Of a stretch of DNA of 64,000 nt, positions 11,081 through 26,000 are shown piece after piece. The stretch lies in NCBI RefSeq assembly GCF_009914755.1, contig NC_060947.1, one strand, 5' to 3'. A model generated the notes under the pieces. It saw nothing but the letters and a program-made list of their open reading frames with translations. It searched no databases and was not told the DNA's origin. Within the stretch, counting starts at the first letter, position 1. Every line of letters begins with the position of its first letter. This DNA comes from the human T2T-CHM13v2.0 reference genome, Homo sapiens. Made by a program: the position numbers and the translations under genes.

Positions 11081-14000
11081 TCATACCTGCCCTTCAAAAG
11101 GAAAGTTCAACTCTGGGAGGTGAATACAAACATCACAAAGTAGTTTCCGAGTATGCTTCTGTTTAGTTCTTATGTGAAGATGATCCCGTTTCCAGTGAAA
11201 TCTTCAAAGAGGTCCACATATCCCCTTGCCGATTCCAAAGAAAGAGGGTTTCAAAACTGCTCCATCAAAAGGATTGTTCAACTCTGTGAGTTGAATGCAG
11301 TCATCGCAGAAAACTTTCTGAGAATGCTTCTGTCTAGGTTTGATGTGAAGATATAGACGTTTCAAACGAAGGCTACAAAGTGGTCAAAATATACACTTGC
11401 AGATTCTACTACAAGGGTGTTGCAAACCTGAACTATCAAAGGAAGGTTCAACTCTGTGAGTTGAATACAAACATCACAAAGAATGTTCTGAGTTTGCTTC
11501 CGTTCAGTTATGGGAAGTTGATCCCGTTTCCAACGAAATCCTCAGAGAGGTCCAAATATCCCCTTGCAGATTCTACAAAACGTGTGTTTGGAAACTGCTC
11601 CATCATAACGAATGTTCAGCTCTCTGAGTTAAACTCCATCGTCACAAAGAATTTTCTGAGAGTGCTACCGTCTAGTTTTTATAGGAAGTTCTTTCCTTTA
11701 CTACCACAGGCCTCAAAGCGGTCCAAATCTCCACTTGCAGATTCTACAAAAAGAGTGTTTGCAAACTGCTCTATCAAAAGGAATGTTCAACTCTGGGAGT
11801 TGAATGCAATCATCACAGAGCAGTTTCTGAGAATGCTTCTATGTCGTTTTTAGGAGAAGATATTTCCTTTTCCAACACAGTCCTCCAAGCCCGCTAAATA
11901 TCCACTTGCACATTGTAGAAAAAGTGTGTCGAAGCTGCGCTATCAAAGGGAAAGTTCAACTCTGTGAGGTGAATGCAAACATCCCAAAGAAGTTTCTGAG
12001 AATGCTTCCGTTTAGCTTTTAGGTGAAGATTATCCCGTTTCCAACGAAATCTTCAAAGAGGTCCAAATATCCCCTTGCGGATCCCACAGAAAGAGTGTTT
12101 CGAAACTGCTGTTTCAAAAGGAATCTTCAACTCTGTGAGTTGAATGCAATCATCACAAAGAAGTTTCTGACAATGCTTCTCTCTCATCTTTCTGTGAAGA
12201 TAAAGGAAAAGGCTTTCAGGCCTTTTCCACCACAGGCCTGAAAGCGCTCCAAATGTCCACTTGCAGATTCTGCCAAAAGAATATTTCAAAACTGCTCTAT
12301 GAATAGCAATGTTAAATTCTGCGGCTCGAACACAAACATAACAAAGCAGTTTCTGAGAATGCTTCAGTTTAGTTTTTCTGTGGAAATATTCCCGTTTCCA
12401 AAGAAATCTTCAAAGAGGTCCACGCATCCACTTACAGATTCTACAAAAAGACAGTTTCAAAACTGCTCAATCAAAAGGAGGGTTCAACTGTGTGACTTGA
12501 ATGCAATCATCACTCAGAAGTTTCTGAGAATGCATCTCTTTAGTTTTTACGTGAACATATACTCGTTTCGAACGAAGGCCAGCCAGTGGTCCAAATATCC
12601 ACTTGCAGATTCTACAGAAAGAGTGTTTCGAACCTGAACTCTCAAAGGCAGGTTCATCTCTGCGAGTTAAATGCATTCATCATGAAGAACTTTCTCAGAG
12701 TGTTTGTGTTCAGTTATGGGAAATTATTCCCGTTTCCAACGAAATCCTCAGAGAGGTCCAAATATCCACCTGCAGATTCTACCAAAAGTGTATTTGGAAA
12801 CTGCTCCATGAAAAGGCATGTTCAGCTCTGTGAGTGAAACTCCATCATCACAAAGAATATTCTGAGAATGCTTCCGTTTGCCTTTTATATGAAGTTCCTT
12901 CCTATACGACCGTAGGCCTCAAAGCAGTCCAAATCTCCATTTGCAGATTCTACAAAAAGAGTGATTCCAATCTGCTCTATCAATAGGATTGTTCAACTCC
13001 ATGAGTTGAATGCCATCCTCACAAAGTAGTTTCTGAGAATGCTTCTATCTACTTTTTATGTGAAGATATTTCCTTTTCCACCACAGGCCTCAAAGCCCTC
13101 CAAACGTCCACTTGCAGATTCTAGAGAAAGAGTGTTTCATAGCTGCTCTTTCAAAAGGAAAGTTCAACTCTGGGAGGTGAATACAAACATCACAAAGTAG
13201 TTTCCGAAAATGCTTCTGTTTAGTTCTTATGTGAAGATGATCCCGTTTCCAGTGAAATCTTCAAAGAGGTCCACATATCCCCTTGCAGATTCCAAAGAAA
13301 GAGGGTTTCAAAACTGCTCCATCAAAAGGATTGTTCAACTCTGTGAGTTGAATGCAGTCATCGCAGAAAACTTTCTGAGAATGCTTCTGTCTAGGTTTGA
13401 TGTGAAGATATAGACGTTTCAAACGAAGGCTACAAAGTGGTCAAAATATACACTTGCAGATTCTACTACAAGGGTGTTGCAAACCTCAACTATCAAAGGA
13501 AGGTTCAACTCTGTGAGTTGAATACAAACATCACAAAGAATGTTCTGAGTTTGCTTCCGTTCAGTTATGGGAAGTTGATCCCGTTTCCAACGAAATCCTC
13601 AGAGAGGTCCAAATATCCCCTTGCAGATTCTACAAAACGTGTGTTTGGAAACTGCTCCATCATAACGAATGTTCAGCTCTCTGAGTTAAACTCCATCGTC
13701 ACAAAGAATTTTCTGAGAGTGCTACCGTCTAGTTTTTATATGAAGTTCTTTCCTTTACTACCACAGGCCTCAAAGCGGTCCAAATCTCCACTTGCAGATT
13801 CTACAAAAAGAGTGTTTGCAAACTGCTCTATCAAAAGGAATGTTCAACTCTGGGAGTTGAATGCAATCATCACAGAGCAGTTTCTGAGAATGCTTCTATG
13901 TCGTTTTTAGGAGAAGATATTTCCTTTTCCAACACAGTCCTCCAAGCCCGCTAAATATCCACTTGCACATTGTAGAAAAAGTGTGTCGAAGCTGTGCTAT

Positions 14001-17000
14001 CAAAGGGAAAGGTCAACTCTGTGAGGTGAATGCAAACATCCCAAAGAAGTTTCTGAGAATGCCTCCATTTAGCTTTTAGGTGAAGATTATCCCGTTTCCA
14101 ACGAAATCTTCAAAGAGGTCCAAATATCCCCTTGCGGATCCCACAGAAAGAGTGTTTCGAAACTGCTGTTTCAAAAGGAATCTTCAACTCTGTGAGTTGA
14201 ATGCAATCATCACAAAGAAGTTTCTGACAATGCTTCTCTCTCGTCTTTCTGTGAAGATAAAGGAAAAGGCTTTCAGGCCTTTTCCACCACAGGCCTGAAA
14301 GCGCTCCAAATGTCCACTTGCAGATTCTGCCAAAAGAATATTTCAAAACTGCTCTATGAAAAGCAATGTTAAACTCGGTGGCTCGAACACAAACATCCAA
14401 AGCAGTTTCTGAGAATGCTTCAGTTTAGTTTTTCTGTGGAAATATTCCCGTTTCCAAAGAAATCTTCAAAGAGGTCCACGTATCCACTTACAGATTCTAC
14501 AAAAAGACAGTTTCAAAACTGCTCAATCAAAAGGAGGGTTCAACTGTGTGACTTGAATGCAATCATCACTCAGATGTTTCTGAGAACGCTTCTCTTTAGT
14601 TTTTACGTGAACATATACCCGTTTCGAACGAAGGCCAGCCAGTGGTCCAAATATCCACTTGCAGATTCTACAGAAAGAGTGTTTCGAACCTGAACTCTCA
14701 AAGGCAGGTTCATCTCTGCGAGTTAAATGCATTCATCATGAAGAACTTTCTCAGCGTGTTTGTGTTTAGTTATGGGAAATTATTCCCGTTTCCAACGAAA
14801 TCCTCAGAGAGGTCCAAATATCCACCTTCAGATTCTACCAAAAGTGTATTTGGAAACTGCTCCATCAAAAGGCATGTTCAGCTCTGTGAGTGAAACTCCA
14901 TCATCACAAAGAATATTCTGAGAATGCTTCCGTTTGCCTTTTATATGAAGTTCCTTCCTATACTACCGTAGGCCTCAAAGCAGTCCAAATCTCCATTTGC
15001 AGATTCTACAAAAAGAGTGATTCCAATCTGCTCTATCAATAGGATTGTTCAACTCCATGAGTCGAATGCCATCCTCATAAAGTAGTTTCTGAGAATGCTT
15101 CTATCTAGTTTTTATGTGAAGATATTTCCTTTTCCACCACAGGCCTCAAAGCCCTCCAAACGTCCACTTGCAGATTCTCGAAAAAGAGTGTTTCATAGCT
15201 GCTCTTTCAAAAGGAAAGTTCAACTCTGGGAGGTGAATACAAACATCACAAAGTAGTTTCCGAGAATGCTTCTGTTTAGTTCTTATGTGAAGATGATCCC
15301 GTTTCCAGTGAAATCTTCAAAGAGGTCCACATATCCCCTTGCAGATTCCAAAGAAAGAGGGTTTCAAAACTGCTCCATCAAAAGGATTGTTCAACTCTGT
15401 GAGTTGAATGCAGTCATCGCAGAAAACTTTCTGAGAATGCTTCTGTCTGGGTTTGATGTGAAGATATAGACGTTTCAAACGAAGGCTACAAAGTGGTCAA
15501 AATATACACTTGCAGATTCTACTACAAGGGTGTTGCAAACCTGAACTATCAAAGGAAGGTTCAACTCTGTGAGTTGAATACAAACATCACAAAGAATGTT
15601 CTGAGTTTGCTTCCGTTCAGTTATGGGAAGTTGATCCCGTTTCCAACGAAATCCTCAGAGAGGTCCAAATATCCCCTTGCAGATTCTACAAAACGTGTGT
15701 TTGGAAACTGCTCCATCATAACGAATATTCAGCTCTCTGAGTTAAACTCCATCGTCACAAAGAATTTTCTGAGAGTGCTACCGTCTAGTTTTTATATGAA
15801 GTTCTTTCCTTTACTACCACAGGCCTCAAAGCGGTCCAAATCCCCACTTGCAGATTCTACAAAAAGAGTGTTTGCAAACTGCTCTATCAAAAGGAATGTT
15901 CAACTCTGGGAGTTGAATGCAATCATCACAGAGCAGTTTCTGAGAATGCTTCTATGTCGTTTTTAGGAGAAGATATTTCCTTTTCCAACACAGTCCTCCA
16001 AGCCCGCTAAATATCCACTTGCACATTGTAGAAAACGTGTGTCGACGCTGCGCTATCAAAGGGAAAGTTCAACTCTGTGAGGTGAATGCAAACATCCCAA
16101 AGAAGTTTCTGACAATGCTTCCGTTTAGCTTTTAGGTGAAGATTATCCTGTTTCCAACGAAATCTTCAAAGAGGTCCAAATATCCCCTTGCAGATCCCAC
16201 AGAAAGAGTGTTTCGAAACTGCTGTTTCAAAAGGAATCTTCAACTCTGTGAGTTGAATGCAATCTTCACAAAGAAGTTTCTGACAATGCTTCTCTCTCGT
16301 CTTTCTGTGAAGATAAAGGAAAAGGCTTTCAGGCCTTTTCCACCACAGGCCTGAAAGCGCTCCAAATGTCCACTTGCAGATTCTGCCAAAAGAATATTTC
16401 AAAACTGCTCTATGAAAAGCAATGTTAAACTCTGTGGCTCGAACACAAACATCACAAAGCAGTTTCTGAGAATGCTTCAGTTTAGTTTTTCTGTGGAAAT
16501 ATTCCCGTTTCCAAAGAAATCTTCAAAGAGGTCCACGCATCCACTTACAGATTCTACAAAAAGACAGTTTCAAAACTGCTCAATCAAAACGAGGGTTCAA
16601 CTGTGTGACTTGAATGCAATCATCACTCAGAAGTTTCTGTGAACGCTTCTCTTTAGTTTTTACGTGAACATATACCCGTTTCGAACGAAGGCCAGCCAGT
16701 GGTCCAAATATCCACTTGCAGATTCTACAGAAAGAGTGTTTCGAACCTGAACTCTCAAAGGCAGGTTCATCTCTGCGAGTTAAATGCATTCATCATGAAG
16801 AACTTTCTCAGCGTGTTTGTGTTTAGTTATGGGAAATTATTCCCTTTTCCAACGAAATCCTCAGAGAGCTCCAAATATCCACCTGCAGATTCTACCAAAA
16901 GTGTATTTGGAAACTGCTCCATCAAAAGGCATGTTCAGCTCTGTGAGTGAAACTCCATGATCACAAAGAATATTCTGAGAATGCTTCCGTTTGCCTTTTA

Positions 17001-20000
17001 TATGAAGTTCCTTCCTATACTACCGTAGGCCTCAAAGCAGTCCAAATCTCCATTTGCAGATTCTACAAAAAGAGTGATTCCAATCTGCTCTATCAATAGG
17101 ATTGTTCAACTCCATGAGTTGAATGCCATCCTCACAAAGTCGTTTCTGAGAATGCTTCTATCTAGTTTTTATGTGAAGATATTTCCTTTTCCACCACAGG
17201 CCTCAAAGCCCTCCAAACGTCCACTTGCAGATTCTCGAAAAAGAGTGTTTCATACCTGCCCTTCAAAAGGAAAGTTCAACTCTGGGAGGTGAATACAAAC
17301 ATCACAAAGTAGTTTCCGAGAATGCTTCTGTTTAGTTCTTATGTGAAGATGATCCCGTTTCCAGTGAAATCTTCAAAGAGGTCCACATATCCCCTTGCCG
17401 ATTCCAAAGAAAGAGGGTTTCAAAACTGCTCCATCAAAAGGATTGTTCAACTCTGTGAGTTGAATGCAGTCATCGCAGAAAACTTTCTGAGAATGCTTCT
17501 GTCTAGGTTTGATGTGAAGATATAGACGTTTCAAACGAAGGCTACAAAGTGGTCAAAATATACACTTGCAGATTCTACTACAAGGGTGTTGCAAACCTGA
17601 ACTATCAAAGGAAGGTTCAACTCTGTGAGTTGAATACAAACATCACAAAGAATGTTCTGAGTTTGCTTCCGTTCAGTTATGGGAAGTTGATCCCGTTTCC
17701 AACGAAATCCTCAGAGAGGTCCAAATATCCCCTTGCAGATTCTACAAAACGTGTGTTTGGAAACTGCTCCATCATAACGAATGTTCAGCTCTCTGAGTTA
17801 AACTCCATCGTCACAAAGAATTTTCTGAGAGTGCTACCGTCTAGTTTTTATAGGAAGTTCTTTCCTTTACTACCACAGGCCTCAAAGCGGTCCAAATCTC
17901 CACTTGCAGATTCTACAAAAAGAGTGTTTGCAAACTGCTCTATCAAAAGGAATGTTCAACTCTGGGAGTTGAATGCAATCATCACAGAGCAGTTTCTGAG
18001 AATGCTTCTATGTCGTTTTTAGGAGAAGATATTTCCTTTTCCAACACAGTCCTCCAAGCCCGCTAAATATCCACTTGCACATTGTAGAAAAAGTGTGTCG
18101 AAGCTGCGCTATCAAAGGGAAAGTTCAACTCTGTGAGGTGAATGCAAACATCCCAAAGAAGTTTCTGAGAATGCTTCCGTTTAGCTTTTAGGTGAAGATT
18201 ATCCCGTTTGCAACGAAATCTTCAAAGAGGTCCAAATATCCCCTTGCGGATCCCACAGAAAGAGTGTTTCGAAACTGCTGTTTCAAAAGGAATCTTCAAC
18301 TCTGTGAGTTGAATGCAATCATCACAAAGAAGTTTCTGACAATGCTTCTCTCTCATCTTTCTGTGAAGATAAAGGAAAAGGCTTTCAGGCCTTTTCCACC
18401 ACAGGCCTGAAAGCGCTCCAAATGTCCACTTGCAGATTCTGCCAAAAGAATATTTCAAAACTGCTCTATGAATAGCAATGTTAAATTCTGCGGCTCGAAC
18501 ACAAACATAACAAAGCAGTTTCTGAGAATGCTTCAGTTTAGTTTTTCTGTGGAAATATTCCCGTTTCCAAAGAAATCTTCAAAGAGGTCCACGCATCCAC
18601 TTAGAGATTCTACAAAAAGACAGTTTCAAAACTGCTCAATCAAAAGGAGGGTTCAACTGTGTGACTTGAATGCAATCATCACTCAGAAGTTTCTGAGAAT
18701 GCATCTCTTTAGTTTTTACGTGAACATATACTCGTTTCGAACGAAGGCCAGCCAGTGGTCCAAATATCCACTTGCAGATTCTACAGAAAGAGTGTTTCGA
18801 ACCTGAACTCTCAAAGGCAGGTTCATCTCTGCGAGTTAAATGCATTCATCATGAAGAACTTTCTCAGAGTGTTTGTGTTCAGTTATGGGAAATTATTCCC
18901 GTTTCCAACGAAATCCTCAGAGAGGTCCAAATATCCACCTTCAGATTCTACCAAAAGTGTATTTGGAAACTGCTCCATGAAAAGGCATGTTCAGCTCTGT
19001 GAGTGAAACTCCATCATCACAAAGAATATTCTGAGAATGCTTCCGTTTGCCTTTTATATGAAATTCCTTCCTATACTACCGTAGGCCTCAAAGCAGTCCA
19101 AATCTCCATTTGCAGATTCTACAAAAAGAGTGATTCCAATCTGCTCTATCAATAGGATTGTTCAACTCCATGAGTTGAATGCCATCCTCACAAAGTAGTT
19201 TCTGAGAATGCTTCTATCTACTTTTTATGTGAAGATATTTCCTTTTCCACCACAGGCCTCAAAGCCCTCCAAACGTCCACTTGCAGATTCTAGAGAAAGA
19301 GTGTTTCATAGCTGCTCTTTCAAAAGGAAAGTTCAACTCTGGGAGGTGAATACAAACATCACAAAGTAGTTTCCGAAAATGCTTCTGTTTAGTTCTTATG
19401 TGAAGATGATCCCGTTTCCAGTGAAATCTTCAAAGAGGTCCACATATCCCCTTGCAGATTCCAAAGAAAGAGGGTTTCAAAACTGCTCCATCAAAAGGAT
19501 TGTTCAACTCTGTGAGTTGAATGCAGTCATCGCAGAAAACTTTCTGAGAATGCTTCTGTCTAGGTTTGATGTGAAGATATAGACGTTTCAAACGAAGGCT
19601 ACAAAGTGGTCAAAATATACACTTGCAGATTCTACTACAAGGGTGTTGCAAACCTCAACTATCAAAGGAAGGTTCAACTCTGTGAGTTGAATACAAACAT
19701 CACAAAGAATGTTCTGAGTTTGCTTCCGTTCAGTTATGGGAAGTTGATCCCGTTTCCAACGAAATCCTCAGAGAGGTCCAAATATCCCCTTGCAGATTCT
19801 ACAAAACGTGTGTTTGGAAACTGCTCCATCATAACGAATGTTCAGCTCTCTGAGTTAAACTCCATCGTCACAAAGAATTTTCTGAGAGTGCTACCGTCTA
19901 GTTTTTATAGGAAGTTCTTTCCTTTACTACCACAGGCCTCAAAGCGGTCCAAATCTCCACTTGCAGATTCTACAAAAAGAGTGTTTGCAAACTGCTCTAT

Positions 20001-23000
20001 CAAAAGGAATGTTCAACTCTGGGAGTTGAATGCAATCATCACAGAGCAGTTTCTGAGAATGCTTCTATGTCGTTTTTAGGAGAAGATATTTCCTTTTCCA
20101 ACACAGTCCTCCAAGCCCGCTAAATATCCACTTGCACATTGTAGAAAAAGTGTGTCGAAGCTGTGCTATCAAAGGGAAAGGTCAACTCTGTGAGGTGAAT
20201 GCAAACATCCCAAAGAAGTTTCTGAGAATGCTTCCATTTAGCTTTTAGGTGAAGATTATCCCGTTTCCAACGAAATCTTCAAAGAGGTCCAAATATCCCC
20301 TTGCGGATCCCACAGAAAGAGTGTTTCGAAACTGCTGTTTCAAAAGGAATCTTCAACTCTGTGAGTTGAATGCAATCATCACAAAGAAGTTTCTGACAAT
20401 GCTTCTCTCTCGTCTTTCTGTGAAGATAAAGGAAAAGGCTTTCAGGCCTTTTCCACCACAGGCCTGAAAGCGCTCCAAATGTCCACTTGCAGATTCTGCC
20501 AAAAGAATATTTCAAAACTGCTCTATGAAAAGCAATGTTAAACTCGGTGGCTCGAACACAAACATCCAAAGCAGTTTCTGAGAATGCTTCAGTTTAGTTT
20601 TTCTGTGGAAATATTCCCGTTTCCAAAGAAATCTTCAAAGAGGTCCACGCATCCACTTACAGATTCTACAAAAAGACAGCTTCAAAACTGCTCAATCAAA
20701 AGGAGGGTTCAACTGTGTGACTTGAATGCAATCATCACTCAGAAGTTTCTGAGAACGCTTCTCTTTAGTTTTTACGTGAACATATACCCGTTTCGAACGA
20801 AGGCCAGCCAGTGGTCCAAATATCCACTTGCAGATTCTACAGAAAGAGTGTTTCGAACCTGAACTCTCAAAGGCAGGTTCATCTCTGCGAGTTAAATGCA
20901 TTCATCATGAAGAACTTTCTCAGCGTGTTTGTGTTTAGTTATGGGAAATTATTCCCGTTTCCAACGAAATCCTCAGAGAGGTCCAAATATCCACCTTCAG
21001 ATTCTACCAAAAGTGTATTTGGAAACTGCTCCATCAAAAGGCATGTTCAGCTCTGTGAGTGAAACTCCATCATCACAAAGAATATTCTGAGAATGCTTCC
21101 GTTTGCCTTTTATATGAAGTTCCTTCCTATACTACCGTAGGCCTCAAAGCAGTCCAAATCTCCATTTGCAGATTCTACAAAAAGAGTGATTCCAATCTGC
21201 TCTATCAATAGGATTGTTCAACTCCATGAGTCGAATGCCATCCTCATAAAGTAGTTTCTGAGAATGCTTCTATCTAGTTTTTATGTGAAGATATTTCCTT
21301 TTCCACCACAGGCCTCAAAGCCCTCCAAACGTCCACTTGCAGATTCTCGAAAAAGAGTGTTTCATAGCTGCTCTTTCAAAAGGAAAGTTCAACTCTGGGA
21401 GGTGAATACAAACATCACAAAGTAGTTTCCGAGAATGCTTCTGTTTAGTTCTTATGTGAAGATGATCCCGTTTCCAGTGAAATCTTCAAAGAGGTCCACA
21501 TATCCCCTTGCAGATTCCAAAGAAAGAGGGTTTCAAAACTGCTCCATCAAAAGGATTGTTCAACTCTGTGAGTTGAATGCAGTCATCGCAGAAAACTTTC
21601 TGAGAATGCTTCTGTCTGGGTTTGATGTGAAGATATAGACGTTTCAAACGAAGGCTACAAAGTGGTCAAAATATACACTTGCAGATTCTACTACAAGGGT
21701 GTTGCAAACCTGAACTATCAAAGGAAGGTTCAACTCTGTGAGTTGAATACAAACATCACAAAGAATGTTCTGAGTTTGCTTCCGTTCAGTTATGGGAAGT
21801 TGATCCCGTTTCCAACGAAATCCTCAGAGAGGTCCAAATATCCCCTTGCAGATTCTACAAAACGTGTGTTTGGAAACTGCTCCATCATAACGAATATTCA
21901 GCTCTCTGAGTTAAACTCCATCGTCACAAAGAATTTTCTGAGAGTGCTACCGTCTAGTTTTTATATGAAGTTCTTTCCTTTACTACCACAGGCCTCAAAG
22001 CGGTCCAAATCTCCACTTGCAGATTCTACAAAAAGAGTGTTTGCAAACTGCTCTATCAAAAGGAATGTTCAACTCTGGGAGTTGAATGCAATCATCACAG
22101 AGCAGTTTCTGAGAATGCTTCTATGTCGTTTTTAGGAGAAGATATTTCCTTTTCCAACACAGTCCTCCAAGCCCGCTAAATATCCACTTGCACATTGTAG
22201 AAAACGTGTGTCGACGCTGCGCTATCAAAGGGAAAGTTCAACTCTGTGAGGTGAATGCAAACATCCCAAAGAAGTTTCTGACAATGCTTCCGTTTAGCTT
22301 TTAGGTGAAGATTATCCTGTTTCCAACGAAATCTTCAAAGAGGTCCAAATATCCCCTTGCAGATCCCACAGAAAGAGTGTTTCGAAACTGCTGTTTCAAA
22401 AGGAATCTTCAACTCTGTGAGTTGAATGCAATCTTCACAAAGAAGTTTCTGACAATGCTTCTCTCTCGTCTTTCTGTGAAGATAAAGGAAAAGGCTTTCA
22501 GGCCTTTTCCACCACAGGCCTGAAAGCGCTCCAAATGTCCACTTGCAGATTCTGCCAAAAGAATATTTCAAAACTGCTCTATGAAAAGCAATGTTAAACT
22601 CTGTGGCTCGAACACAAACATCACAAAGCAGTTTCTGAGAATGCTTCAGTTTAGTTTTTCTGTGGAAATATTCCCGTTTCCAAAGAAATCTTCAAAGAGG
22701 TCCACGCATCCACTTACAGATTCTACAAAAAGACAGTTTCAAAACTGCTCAATCAAAAGGAGGGTTCAACTGTGTGACTTGAATGCAATCATCACTCAGA
22801 AGTTTCTGAGAACGCTTCTCTTTAGTTTTTACGTGAACATATACCCGTTTCGAAAGAAGGCCAGCCAGTGGTCCAAATATCCACTTGCAGATTCTACAGA
22901 AAGAGTGTTTCGAACCTGAACTCTCAAAGGCAGGTTCATCTCTGCGAGTTAAATGCATTCATCATGAAGAACTTTCTCAGCGTGTTTGTGTTTAGTTATG

Positions 23001-26000
23001 GGAAATTATTCCCTTTTCCAACGAAATCCTCAGAGAGCTCCAAATATCCACCTGCAGATTCTACCAAAAGTGTATTTGGAAACTGCTCCATCAAAAGGCA
23101 TGTTCAGCTCTGTGAGTGAAACTCCATGATCACAAAGAATATTCTGAGAATGCTTCCGTTTGCCTTTTATATGAAGTTCCTTCCTATACTACCGTAGGCC
23201 TCAAAGCAGTCCAAATCTCCATTTGCAGATTCTACAAAAAGAGTGATTCCAATCTGCTCTATCAATAGGATTGTTCAACTCCATGAGTTGAATGCCATCC
23301 TCACAAAGTAGTTTCTGAGAATGCTTCTATGTAGTTTTCATGTGAAGATATTTCCTTTTCCACCACAGGCCTCAAAGCCCTCCAAACGTCCACTTGCAGA
23401 TTCTCGAAAAAGAGTGTTTCATACCTGCCCTTCAAAAGGAAAGTTCAACTCTGGGAGGTGAATACAAACATCACAAAGTAGTTTCCGAGTATGCTTCTGT
23501 TTAGTTCTTATGTGAAGATGATCCCGTTTCCAGTGAAATCTTCAAAGAGGTCCACATATCCCCTTGCCGATTCCAAAGAAAGAGGGTTTCAAAACTGCTC
23601 CATCAAAAGGATTGTTCAACTCTGTGAGTTGAATGCAGTCATCGCAGAAAACTTTCTGAGAATGCTTCTGTCTAGGTTTGATGTGAAGATATAGACGTTT
23701 CAAACGAAGGCTACAAAGTGGTCAAAATATACACTTGCAGATTCTACTACAAGGGTGTTGCAAACCTGAACTATCAAAGGAAGGTTCAACTCTGTGAGTT
23801 GAATACAAACATCACAAAGAATGTTCTGAGTTTGCTTCCGTTCAGTTATGGGAAGTTGATCCCGTTTCCAACGAAATCCTCAGAGAGGTCCAAATATCCC
23901 CTTGCAGATTCTACAAAACGTGTGTTTGGAAACTGCTCCATCATAACGAATGTTCAGCTCTCTGAGTTAAACTCCATCGTCACAAAGAATTTTCTGAGAG
24001 TGCGCTACCGTCTAGTTTTTATAGGAAGTTCTTTCCTTTACTACCACAGGCCTCAAAGCGGTCCAAATCTCCACTTGCAGATTCTACAAAAAGAGTGTTT
24101 GCAAACTGCTCTATCAAAAGGAATGTTCAACTCTGGGAGTTGAATGCAATCATCACAGAGCAGTTTCTGAGAATGCTTCTATGTCGTTTTTAGGAGAAGA
24201 TATTTCCTTTTCCAACACAGTCCTCCAAGCCCGCTAAATATCCACTTGCACATTGTAGAAAAAGTGTGTCGAAGCTGCGCTATCAAAGGGAAAGTTCAAC
24301 TCTGTGAGGTGAATGCAAACATCCCAAAGAAGTTTCTGAGAATGCTTCCGTTTAGCTTTTAGGTGAAGATTATCCCGTTTCCAACGAAATCTTCAAAGAG
24401 GTCCAAATATCCCCTTGCGGATCCCACAGAAAGAGTGTTTCGAAACTGCTGTTTCAAAAGGAATCTTCAACTCTGTGAGTTGAATGCAATCATCACAAAG
24501 AAGTTTCTGACAATGCTTCTCTCTCGTCTTTCTGTGAAGATAAAGGAAAAGGCTTTCAGGCCTTTTCCACCACAGGCCTGAAAGCGCTCCAAATGACCAC
24601 TTGCAGATTCTGCCAAAAGAATATTTCAAAACTGCTCTATGAAAAGCAATGTTAAACTCTGTGGCTCGAACACAAACATCACAAAGCAGTTTCTGAGAAT
24701 GCTTCAGTTTAGTTTTTCTGTGGAAATATTCCCGTTTCCAAAGAAATCTTCAAAGAGGTCCACGCATCCACTTACAGATTCTACAAAAAGACAGTTTCAA
24801 AACTGCTCAATCAAAAGGAGGGTTCAACTGTGTGACTTGAATGCAATCATCACTCAGAAGTTTCTGAGAACGCTTCTCTTTAGTTTTTACGTGAACATAT
24901 ACCCGTTTCGAACGAAGGCCAGCCAGTGGTCCAAATATCCACTTGCAGATTCTACAGAAAGAGTGTTTCGAACCTGAACTCTCAAAGGCAGGTTCATCTC
25001 TGCGAGTTAAATGCATTCATCATGAAGAACTTTCTCAGCGTGTTTGTGTTTAATTATGGGAAATTATTCCCGTTTCCAACGAAATCCTCAGAGAGGTCCA
25101 AATATCCACCTGCAGATTCTACCAAAAGTGTATTTGGAAACTGCTCCATCAAAAGGCATGTTCAGCTCTGTGAGGGAAACTCCATCATCACAAAGAATAT
25201 TCTGAGAATGCTTCCGTTTGCCTTTTATATGAAGTTCCTTCCTATACTACCGTAGGCCTCAAAGCAGTCCAAATCTCCATTTGCAGATTCTACAAAAAGA
25301 GTGATTCCAATCTGCTCTATCAATAGGATTGTTCAACTCCATGAGTTGAATGCCATCCTCACAAAGTAGTTTCTGAGAATGCTTCTATCTAGTTTTTATG
25401 TGAAGATATTTCCTTTTCCACCACAGGCCTCAAAGCCCTCCAAACGTCCACTTGCAGATTCTAGAAAAAGAGTGTTTCATACCTGCCCTTCAAAAGGAAA
25501 GTTCAACTCTGGGAGGTGAATACAAACATCACAAAGTAGTTTCCGAGTATGCTTCTGTTTAGTTCTTATGTGAAGATGATCCCGTTTCCAGTGAAATCTT
25601 CAAAGAGGTCCACATATCCCCTTGCCGATTCCAAAGAAAGAGGGTTTCAAAACTGCTCCATCAAAAGGATTGTTCAACTCTGTGAGTTGAATGCAGTCAT
25701 CGCAGAAAACTTTCTGAGAATGCTTCTGTCTAGGTTTGATGTGAAGATATAGACGTTTCAAACGAAGGCTACAAAGTGGTCAAAATATACACTTGCAGAT
25801 TCTACTACAAGGGTGTTGCAAACCTGAACTATCAAAGGAAGGTTCAACTCTGTGAGTTGAATACAAACATCACAAAGAATGTTCTGAGTTTGCTTCCGTT
25901 CAGTTATGGGAAGTTGATCCCGTTTCCAACGAAATCCTCAGAGAGGTCCAAATATCCCCTTGCAGATTCTACAAAACGTGTGTTTGGAAACTGCTCCATC

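Noticed and set aside
18202-18218. Variant box tcccgtttgcaacgaaa (also near 28486 and 38769) as a CENP-B box loss
   Set aside because: The change falls at a degenerate N position of NTTCGNNNNANNCGGGN, so the core is intact.
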